Shown one piece after another: positions 1 to 6,938 of a stretch of DNA of 35,003 nucleotides. Origin of the DNA: Anaerolineales bacterium. Its GTDB lineage: Bacteria; Chloroflexota; Anaerolineae; Anaerolineales; Villigracilaceae. Position 1 is the stretch's first letter; every line of letters starts with the position of its first letter. The stretch covers positions 1 to 35,003 of the forward strand of contig DAOTZP010000425.1 of the NCBI GenBank assembly GCA_034434265.1, in the 5' to 3' direction. Made by a program: the position numbers and the translations under genes. Below the pieces are notes generated by a model that was given only the letters and a program-made list of their open reading frames with translations, had not been told where the DNA came from and did not search any database.

Positions 1-7
1 CAATCTT

Positions 8-271
8 TTAAGAACTTGCTTTGCGCCGCGCTTGCGGTTTTTCTTCAAGATTCCAAACAATCTGAAATTCAACTTCTTCCGATGAAGAGCCGCGCTCGTG
101 TTCAATGTTGATTACGGCGCGCGCGGGGATTGTTATGCGTTCCCCCGCCACTTGAATTTGGAATTTCTTTCCCTGTTCAAGGGCGTCCGCCAGGCGGCGC
201 AATTTGCTGATGAACTGTTTTACCGGATAGTTTTTTTGAATATCGCGTTTGCTTTTTTTTGTTGCAGCCAT
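8..271 (-). CDS. Amphi-Trp domain-containing protein
   Basis: ~87 aa with an amphipathic helix LRRLADALEQG and C-terminal EEVEFQIVW, typical of the amphi-Trp family. Start moved to ATG 271 because AAGGAG lies just upstream. Confidence 0.8.
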   Translation of the reverse strand: MAATKKSKRDIQKNYPVKQFISKLRRLADALEQGKKFQIQVAGERITIPARAVINIEHERGSSSEEVEFQIVWNLEEKPQARRKASS

Positions 272-322
272 TTTTTTCTCCTTGTTGTTATATTTCATTT
301 CCCTGATGATGATACCAGAAAT

Positions 323-1393
323 TTAGCCCGCGCCCGCCAATCCTTCATTGACCAGCAATTCCGCGTTATAGATGGATGCGCCCGCCGCGCCGCGAATGGT
401 GTTGTGTGACAAGACCACGAACTTCAAATCCAGCAGCGGGTCTTCGCGCACGCGCCCGACCACTGTGGTCATGCCTTTGCCCGACATGCGGTCGAGTTTG
501 GGCTGCGGGCGGTCCGCTTCGTCTTTCACTTCGATGACCGATTTGGGAGCGGAGGGTAAATTCCGCGCGGCGGGATGCGCCCGGAACTGCCGCAAAACTT
601 CGATGGCGGATTCCGGCTTGGCGGGTTGACTCAGCCCGACGCTGGCGCACACGGTATGCCCGTCAATGACCGCCACGCGGTTGGTGTGCGCGCTGAATTG
701 AATCGGGGCGAGCTCAATCTTCCCAGCGGAAAATTTTCCCAGCATCTTGCGCGGCTCCCATTCCACTTTTTCTTCTTCGCCGCCGTTGCCCACATTGGGG
801 ATGATGTTATCCATAATGTCGAGCGAAGGCACGCCGGGATAGCCCGCCCCGGAAAGCGCCTGCAAAGAAACCATAAAAACTTTTTGCACGCCAAAGGCTT
901 CGTCCAATGCTTTGAGGGCAATGGTCAAGCCGGTGCTGGTGCAATTGGGGTTGGTGACAATGCAGCCGGACCAGCCTTTGTTTTTGCGCTGTTCTTTGAC
1001 GAGGTGAACATGCTCCGCGTTGATTTCGGGCAGCAGCAGCGGAACATCCTCCGCGCGGCGATAGGAGGAGGCGTTGGAGCAAACCGCCGCGCCTGCTTTG
1101 GCAAACAGCGGCTCAACTTCGTTTGCGATTTCGGTATGCAGTGCGGAGAAGGCAATTTTTACATCCATCGCTTCGGGTGAGGCGGGGACGATGACCATAT
1201 CGCGCGCATAAGCAGGCATGGGAACATCCAGCACCCAGCGCGCGGCTTGTGAATATTTTTGCCCTACGGAACGGTCCGACGCGGCGAGCGCAACCACTTT
1301 GAACCAAGGGTGATTTTCGAGCAGCGAAATAAATCTTTGACCGACAGAACCTGTCGCGCCGAGAATGGCAACGGGGATTTGGGATGGGGACAT
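323..1393 (-). CDS. asd: Aspartate-semialdehyde dehydrogenase (archaeal/fungal-type branch)
   Basis: GATGSVGQRF NADP-binding motif, catalytic NPNC, QALSGAG, SHNTIRGAAG; SD AGGAG upstream. Confidence 0.97.
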   Translation of the reverse strand: MSPSQIPVAILGATGSVGQRFISLLENHPWFKVVALAASDRSVGQKYSQAARWVLDVPMPAYARDMVIVPASPEAMDVKIAFSALHTEIANEVEPLFAKAGAAVCSNASSYRRAEDVPLLLPEINAEHVHLVKEQRKNKGWSGCIVTNPNCTSTGLTIALKALDEAFGVQKVFMVSLQALSGAGYPGVPSLDIMDNIIPNVGNGGEEEKVEWEPRKMLGKFSAGKIELAPIQFSAHTNRVAVIDGHTVCASVGLSQPAKPESAIEVLRQFRAHPAARNLPSAPKSVIEVKDEADRPQPKLDRMSGKGMTTVVGRVREDPLLDLKFVVLSHNTIRGAAGASIYNAELLVNEGLAGAG

Positions 1394-1413
1394 GGGAACT
1401 CCTGATGGGTAAA

Positions 1414-1547
1414 GGATTGGAAGGTTAGAGGATTAGAGGATTAGAGATTGGAGGATTAGAAGATTGGAGATTGGCGCTATTCATCTCTCTATTCATCTAT
1501 TCTCTATTCATCTATTCTCTATTCTCTATTCGTCTATTCATCTATTT
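1414..1547. repeat. Two opposed arrays of degenerate 7-8 nt tandem repeats (imperfect inverted repeat)
   Basis: About 8 GATTRG-core units at 1414-1474, then about 9 CTATT-core units at 1477-1547. The array fills the gap between the aspartokinase stop and the asd SD. Confidence 0.9.
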
Positions 1548-2957
1548 CACTATCAATTCATGCAACGCTTTCACGGCGGCTTCTGTGTCGTTTGCATCCA
1601 CCACCATACTGATTGAAACTTCGGATGAGCCTTGCGCGATGGCAAGCACGTTCACTTGATGATTGCCCAACTGCGTAAAAACCTGACCCGAAACGCCGGG
1701 CGTGTGCCGCATTCCCACGCCGACGACAGTGATGATGGAAACATCATCCGTCATCCACACGCGGTCAATATCCTGGTCTTTGATTTCTTCCGCAAAAACT
1801 TCTTGCAGCGAAGCAATGACCTGCTGCGCGGATTCATTCGGCACGGCAAAACAAATGGACTGCTCCGATGACGCCTGCGTAATTAACGGCACGCTGGTTT
1901 TGGTGGATGCCACCGCGCCAAACGCGCGCGCCGCCACGCCCGGCACGCCCAACATGCCGCGTCCTTCAATGGTGATTAACCGCTGGCTGCGGATTGCCGT
2001 CACCGCGCGGACAACCTGCCCGCCGTTTTTTTCTTTCTTGGCAACCAGCCGCGTACCGGGATGACTTGGGTTAAAGGTGTTGCAAATTCGCAAGCCAATG
2101 CCCGCATCCACCACCGGGCGAATGGTTTTGGGGTGAAGCACCTTTGCGCCGTAATACGCCAGTTCCGCAATTTCGCTGTATGTAATTTCGGGTAGCGTCA
2201 CGGCGGAAGGCACAATGCGCGGGTCGGTGGTCATCACGCCGTCCACGTCCGTCCAAATCCAGACATCATCAGCGGGGAGGACGGAGCCAATAATGGCGGC
2301 GGAGTAATCGCTGCCGCCGCGCCCCAGCGTGGTGATTGCGCCTTCGGGCGTTGCGCCGATGAATCCCGTCACCACAGGAACGATGCCGCCATCCAATAAC
2401 GGGTTTAATACCGCGCGGGTTTTTGCTGCGGTTGTCTTAAAATCAGGGTGCGCGTTTTGAAAGTGCGCGTTGGTCACAATCAACTCAGTCGATTCAACCG
2501 CCTTGGATGGAATGCCCGCGTGATTGAACACCGCCGCAAGCAGGCGCACGCTCATCCGCTCGCCCAGCGAGGCAACCGTATCCAGCGCGCGCGGGCTGGC
2601 TTCGCCGAGGACGGCAATCGCTTTGCATAGCGCAACCAGAGTGTGAATGAGGGAATCAATTTCGCGTTTGACTTCCGCGCGGGCGGAGTCATCCGCCGTG
2701 AGCGAATCCAACGCGCGGAAATGTTTTTCCCGCAAGGTGGATTCGGCTTGGGGCAGCGAATCCACATCCCCGGCGGAGGCGCGCGCGGCGCAATCCAGCA
2801 GCAGGTTGGTCACGCCCGACATGGCGGAAGTGACCACGACCACGCGATTAAATTCCGCGCGTGAAGCTTTGACGATTTGCGCCGCGTTCTTCAACGCATC
2901 CGCCGAGCCGACGGACGTGCCGCCGAATTTCATGACAAGCGTTTTGTTTATTGGCAT
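1542..2957 (-). CDS. lysC: Aspartate kinase with two ACT domains
   Basis: VMKFGGTSVG, VTSAMSGVTN, TTLGRGGSDYSA, WTDVDG, GAKVLHP; ACT motifs QASSE and QGSSE; SD AAAGGAG; co-directional with asd. Confidence 0.95.
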   Translation of the reverse strand: MPINKTLVMKFGGTSVGSADALKNAAQIVKASRAEFNRVVVVTSAMSGVTNLLLDCAARASAGDVDSLPQAESTLREKHFRALDSLTADDSARAEVKREIDSLIHTLVALCKAIAVLGEASPRALDTVASLGERMSVRLLAAVFNHAGIPSKAVESTELIVTNAHFQNAHPDFKTTAAKTRAVLNPLLDGGIVPVVTGFIGATPEGAITTLGRGGSDYSAAIIGSVLPADDVWIWTDVDGVMTTDPRIVPSAVTLPEITYSEIAELAYYGAKVLHPKTIRPVVDAGIGLRICNTFNPSHPGTRLVAKKEKNGGQVVRAVTAIRSQRLITIEGRGMLGVPGVAARAFGAVASTKTSVPLITQASSEQSICFAVPNESAQQVIASLQEVFAEEIKDQDIDRVWMTDDVSIITVVGVGMRHTPGVSGQVFTQLGNHQVNVLAIAQGSSEVSISMVVDANDTEAAVKALHELIVK

Positions 2958-3020
2958 ACAATCTCCTTTGCAGCATGGGTTTCCGTCTGTCTCGTAAAAA
3001 CAGGCTGATGATTTTTAAGA

Positions 3021-3094
3021 AATTATTTCCGTAATGTTTGCGTAGAGCGCGTTCCCCTACGCGCCCGTCGGCGTAAGCGGTTACGGAAGTAATT
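3021..3094. repeat. ~74-nt palindromic (REP-like) hairpin element
   Basis: AATTATTTCCGTAA (3021-3034) and TTACGGAAGTAATT (3081-3094) are 13/14 inverted; the inner GCGCGT/ACGCGC stem is preceded by GTAG. Confidence 0.6.
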
Positions 3095-3240
3095 AATGCA
3101 AGTTGCCGCCTTCAAAAGGGAAGAAGGATGTTGCCTGTTTTGAACCGCCGATGTGCAGAGGGCGCAGAGTTTTTAATGAATTTCTCCGTATCCTCCGCGC
3201 CTCTGCGGTAAAAATTAAGCAAGGGTGGCAACTTGGGTTA
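3094..3240. mobile_element. MITE-like palindromic element, copy 1
   Basis: Terminal inverted repeats TAATGCAAGTTGCCGCCTT / AAGGGTGGCAACTTGGGTTA; no ORF; second copy at 6146-6291. Confidence 0.75.
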
Positions 3241-3273
3241 ATTTGTAAAACTTCATAAGCCCGTTCTACGCAT

Positions 3274-3306
3274 AAAAAAACGCCCCACGTTTCCGTGAGG
3301 CGTTTT
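3274..3306 (-). terminator. Intrinsic terminator (attenuator 3:4 hairpin) upstream of the aspartokinase gene
   Basis: Minus strand reads AAAACGCCTCACG-GAAA-CGTGGGGCG-TTTTTTT: GC-rich stem, GNRA loop, 7 U. Confidence 0.9.
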
Positions 3307-3332
3307 GGTTTCAGACGTTTGGTTTGCTTCGC

Positions 3333-3416
3333 TTACTTTTGTCCAAGCGCAAATGACTCACGGGGCAGCCCTGAGGGAGTCATAGTAGTGGACATGGAGC
3401 AGAAGGCGAAGTTCAT
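3333..3416 (-). CDS. Putative attenuation leader peptide MNFAFCSMSTTMTPSGLPRESFALGQK (Met/Thr-rich)
   Basis: 27 codons plus TAA, lying between promoter and terminator; M-S-T-T-M-T cluster; overlaps mutually exclusive hairpins. Not in the ORF track (too short). Confidence 0.78.
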   Translation of the reverse strand: MNFAFCSMSTTMTPSGLPRESFALGQK

Positions 3417-3426
3417 ATTGCGCGGT

Positions 3427-3455
3427 ATTCTATGCGAGGGAATGAATTTGGTCAA
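3427..3455 (-). promoter_or_regulatory. sigma70-type promoter of the leader-aspartokinase-asd operon
   Basis: TTGACC (3455-3450), 17 nt, TAGAAT (3432-3427) on the minus strand, 10 nt before the leader ATG. Confidence 0.8.
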
Positions 3456-3465
3456 GAGTCAAACC

Positions 3466-4293
3466 TTAAAGAATTTGCGCGGATTTGCGCGGCAGGGAAA
3501 ACTCAATTAGCAGCCCGTCTTCGGTTTCTTGGGGTTCCGCCATGCTGCCGCCGTGGAGTTTGAGCAAGCCGGAGCAGACAAAGTCAAACATTGCCGAGTC
3601 CATCTCGTATTTATCGCGCGACTTTTTGCCCGCGCTTTGAATGGTGACGGACAACCCGTTTTCGTCATCCTGCGCGGAAAGGCTGAGCGCGCCTTCGGTG
3701 ATTCGCATGGCGGCATAGTTTAGCAGCGAAGTGACGACCTGTTTTATGTAAAGCGCGTCTGCAACAAAGACCGGGTTGGAAATTTGCATTAACACCGTCA
3801 CAGGTTTGGAGGGGTTGGCGGGCTGCCACTTTTCCACCGCTTCTTGAATGGCGTTGGCGAGGTTGGCTTCCGCAAGGTGCGGCTGAATGTGACCGATGTT
3901 CAACCGCGCCATATCCACAATGTGATTGATGAGCATGAGCATCCGCTGGCTGCTGGTGAAGGCGGTGTTCAGGTCTGCGGCTTGTTCGGGCGTGATGGGA
4001 CCATCCATGCCTTTGATGACCACGCGGGTAAACCCGATGATGGTATTCAGCGGGCTTTTCAAATCGTGCGACGCCCACGAGAGAAAGTCATCCATGTTGA
4101 TGCGTCCTGTTTCGCGGTGACCCCAGGCAAGCTGCTCAATGGGCAGCGAAACGCCAGCCAGTTGTTTGGCTTGCTCTTCATTCAGCTTATGTTGTTGATA
4201 CAGGCGGATTGCCAGTTCAATTTTTGCTTCTTCGGGGGAAAGTTTGGCGGCTTGCAAAAGTTCGGCGGGAATTTCAAGCGTGACGGTTTCCAT
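3466..4293 (-). CDS. UPF0175-like N-terminal domain fused to HisKA and a degenerate HATPase domain (pseudo-histidine kinase)
   Basis: N-term ELAIRLYQQHKLNEEQAKQLAGVS resembles UPF0175; H-box SHDLKSPLN; N, G1 and G2 boxes degenerate. Start set at METVTL (ATG 4293) since the upstream extension overlaps the divergent promoter region. Confidence 0.75.
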   Translation of the reverse strand: METVTLEIPAELLQAAKLSPEEAKIELAIRLYQQHKLNEEQAKQLAGVSLPIEQLAWGHRETGRINMDDFLSWASHDLKSPLNTIIGFTRVVIKGMDGPITPEQAADLNTAFTSSQRMLMLINHIVDMARLNIGHIQPHLAEANLANAIQEAVEKWQPANPSKPVTVLMQISNPVFVADALYIKQVVTSLLNYAAMRITEGALSLSAQDDENGLSVTIQSAGKKSRDKYEMDSAMFDFVCSGLLKLHGGSMAEPQETEDGLLIEFSLPRKSAQIL

Positions 4294-4414
4294 AAATAAT
4301 GCCTTTTGAAATGAAAATATAGGCAAGTATAGCATAGGCAAAAATAAATACAATCCAAAGTCCATGACAAAATTGTCATTTGCCTTTGCAGGATGTAAAA
4401 TAAAAACAAAAATT

Positions 4415-5443
4415 ATGCGGCAAGACAACCTTCTTCAACAGGCGATTAGAGCGGCGCGCGAAGGGCGGGAATGGACGGCGCGCGACCTGTTCCTGCGGGT
4501 GACGCAAGCCGAGCCGCACAACGAAGTGGCGTGGATGTGGCTGGCGGGGCTGCTTGAAAATCTCGATGAGCGGATTGACGCCTGCGAGCGGATTCTGCTC
4601 ATCAATCCGCGCAACGAAAAAGTCAGGGAATATTTGCAAAAATTATTATCCGAGCGGCAGACCGCCTTGCAGATGGAGCAAAAGAAAACGGAAGAGAATC
4701 TGATGAATGTAAAATCCGCGCTGCGGCGGGGCGAGAAGGATTCCGCGCTGGCGGAACTTCGTCAGATGGCAATTCAGCCGCGCATGGACAACCCGCAAGT
4801 CTGGCAGCTGTTGGCGGACCTGACTCCCGAACTGAACGAGCGCGTCCGCGCATTGGAACGGCTCACGGAACTTTTGCCGCATGATGAAAAAGCAAAAGAG
4901 GAATTAAATCAGGCGCGCTATTTTCAGGCGCATCCCATTCATCAGGCGGAATTGTATGAGGAGCGCGGCGAAATTGAAAAAGCGCTGTTCACATACCACA
5001 TGATTGCGCTCAACCCCGAATCCAAAGAACAGTGGAATCACGTTTACTGGAAGATTGTTCACCTTGAAAAATTGAAACAGGAAAAGATTGTTCATGTTTC
5101 GCCCGTGTTAAACATTGCGCGGCTGACCGCGGGTCCGCCGATTGTGTATTTCATGTTTGCGCTGGTGCATGTGGGTATTAACCCTTTCGCGCACAATGAC
5201 CCGTTTGTGTGGCTCGCAATGCTCTGGGTCATTTTGGGAAGTTTTATGGTCGCTGTTGCCTCTGTTCCTTCGCATCATCGTTTTTGGAAAATCATCTTCA
5301 ATGAAACCGCCGCCAGCGGAACGCCGCGCTCGCGCCGCATGACCGCCGCCGCAGGCTGGGCATTAATCCTCATGCCTTTTCTCATCATGTTCATTGATGC
5401 GTCGAACAGAATGATTGATTTTATTATCCTTAACATCCCATGA
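4415..5443 (+). CDS. TPR-repeat protein with ~3 C-terminal transmembrane helices
   Basis: EPHNEVAWMWLAGL, RILLINPRN and NPQVWQLLA are TPR-like; hydrophobic C-terminal segments. Start inferred at ATG 4415. Confidence 0.75.
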   Translation: MRQDNLLQQAIRAAREGREWTARDLFLRVTQAEPHNEVAWMWLAGLLENLDERIDACERILLINPRNEKVREYLQKLLSERQTALQMEQKKTEENLMNVKSALRRGEKDSALAELRQMAIQPRMDNPQVWQLLADLTPELNERVRALERLTELLPHDEKAKEELNQARYFQAHPIHQAELYEERGEIEKALFTYHMIALNPESKEQWNHVYWKIVHLEKLKQEKIVHVSPVLNIARLTAGPPIVYFMFALVHVGINPFAHNDPFVWLAMLWVILGSFMVAVASVPSHHRFWKIIFNETAASGTPRSRRMTAAAGWALILMPFLIMFIDASNRMIDFIILNIP

Positions 5444-6129
5444 TTCCACTTAACGATACAGAACCCAACCGTTATAGTTTGTTCCCGTTTGTGACCGTCA
5501 TTTTGATTGCGGTGAATACCTGCGTCTTAATTTGGGAAATGTCGTTGGGTGAGCAAACCCTGCGCGTGGTGGCTTGGATATTTGGCTCCACTTCTTCACT
5601 CATCTGGCAGCGGCAGGGCGCGGGGGTGATTTCATCCATCACATCCATGTTTTTGCATGGCGATTGGTTTCACCTGATTGGCAACATGCTCTTTTTATGG
5701 GTGTTCGGCAGGCGCGTGGAAGACGCCTGCGGCGGCGCGCGTTTTTTGATGTTTTACCTGCTGGCGGGCGTCACCGCGGATGTGATTACCGCCTTGGTCA
5801 CGCCCAATTCGCCTGTGCCGGGCATTGGCGCCAGCGGGGCAATCTTTGGCGTGATGGGCGCGTATTTTGTGCTGTACCCAACAGGCAGAATTCGCACGCT
5901 TTGGTTTTTGGCATTTATTCCCACCTGGTTTCGCATCCGCGCGTATTGGTTTGTTTTATATTATTTGCTCATTCAAATTCCGCCCGCCATCAAGATTTAT
6001 TTGGAGCAGGACAATAATTACGGAATTGGCTATTGGGCGCATCTTGGCGGGTTTGCAGCTTGTATTTTCATTCCGCTGTTTTTACGCCCTGAGGCGTTTG
6101 CCCGTTATGTGAGCGATGTTCTGGTGTAA
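5440..6129 (+). CDS. Rhomboid family intramembrane serine protease
   Basis: SMFLHGDWFHLIGNM, catalytic GASGA, AHLGGF; ATGA overlap with the upstream gene. Confidence 0.95.
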   Translation: MIPLNDTEPNRYSLFPFVTVILIAVNTCVLIWEMSLGEQTLRVVAWIFGSTSSLIWQRQGAGVISSITSMFLHGDWFHLIGNMLFLWVFGRRVEDACGGARFLMFYLLAGVTADVITALVTPNSPVPGIGASGAIFGVMGAYFVLYPTGRIRTLWFLAFIPTWFRIRAYWFVLYYLLIQIPPAIKIYLEQDNNYGIGYWAHLGGFAACIFIPLFLRPEAFARYVSDVLV

Positions 6130-6145
6130 GCGAACGTTTCTTAAG

Positions 6146-6291
6146 TAACGCAAGTTGCCGCCTTCAAAAAAAATAGCGCGTTCGCTTGTTTTGAACCGCA
6201 GAGCCGCCGAGTTCGCAGAGTTTTTAATGAATTTCTCCATGCCTTCCGCGCCTTTGTGGTAAAAAAATAAGAAGGGTGGCAACTTGGGTTA
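6146..6291. mobile_element. MITE-like palindromic element, copy 2
   Basis: Same TIRs as 3094-3240; shares exact blocks of 20, 13, 25 and 21 nt with copy 1; TTAAGTAA direct repeat at 6141-6148 and 6289-6296; lies between convergent genes. Confidence 0.75.
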
Positions 6292-6313
6292 AGTAAATTT
6301 TTTTCCACGCAGT

Positions 6314-6937
6314 TTATTCACTCCATGAGCCGCCCGTTCCCGTGTAACCGTGAACATTGCTGCGCGCCACATTCATCTGCGCGCCTGTGCCGCTGCCCAC
6401 AATAATTCTTACCCAAAATGTTTTTTCCGCGCCGATTGGCACGTCTTTTCCATTCGGGTCGTTGAGCGTGAAATACCCCGTATATTTCCCATCTGTGGCG
6501 GGCGCTTTCAGTTCCACCGAGACTTGCACTTTTTCGCCCGCAAGCGTGGCGGGAATGGGCGAAGAATCAGGCGCGTTCATGCGGTCGCCTGCGGCAAATT
6601 TGACGGTGTAATTAATCCAAGGGCAGGTGCCGTTGTTCATAAATTCCCATGTTTTGGTGAACGTTTCGCCCGCGTTGAGTTTTGTATCGTCGGGGATGGT
6701 CACATCGCGCAGCAGCACGGCGCTGTTGCGGCAGTTGGCGGGGATGGTGACAGCCAGCGTGGGCGTTTGCGTAATGAGCGCCGCGGGCGTGAACGTGGGC
6801 GGAATGCGGGCAATTTTTGTCGGCGGCAGCGTGGCGGTGACAAAGCCAATCTGTGCGGGCGTGGGCGGCTCTTCCACCGAGACGGAAATGCACGCGGCAA
6901 GAAACAAAACGGGAAGGAGGAAAATTTTTTTGAACAT
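6314..6937 (-). CDS. Lipoprotein with Pro/Thr linker and NBR1-type (FW/Ig-like) domain
   Basis: Lipobox FLAAC after MFKK; DVTIPDDT..GETFTKTW.F.NNGTC.W and LKAP...GKYTGYF motifs. Confidence 0.85.
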   Translation of the reverse strand: MFKKIFLLPVLFLAACISVSVEEPPTPAQIGFVTATLPPTKIARIPPTFTPAALITQTPTLAVTIPANCRNSAVLLRDVTIPDDTKLNAGETFTKTWEFMNNGTCPWINYTVKFAAGDRMNAPDSSPIPATLAGEKVQVSVELKAPATDGKYTGYFTLNDPNGKDVPIGAEKTFWVRIIVGSGTGAQMNVARSNVHGYTGTGGSWSE

Positions 6938-6938
6938 A

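Noticed and set aside
1414..1547. CRISPR array or TRAP-binding site
   Set aside because: Units are 7-8 nt with no unique spacers and no cas genes; the UAG period of 7-8 nt does not fit the 5-nt NAG period bound by TRAP.
1471..1659. 62-aa ORF MALFISLFIYSLFIYSLF...
   Set aside because: It is a translation of the repeat array and runs antisense into the aspartokinase gene.
2958..3430. Lysine, SAM or T-box riboswitch upstream of the aspartokinase gene
   Set aside because: I could not find their consensus elements; the space between promoter and terminator is fully explained by the leader ORF and attenuator. An Rfam scan would confirm.
4294..4428. N-terminal extensions in the ORF track for 3466-4428 and 4364-5443
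   Set aside because: They overlap each other across an AT-rich divergent promoter region; the downstream ATGs fit the domain starts better.
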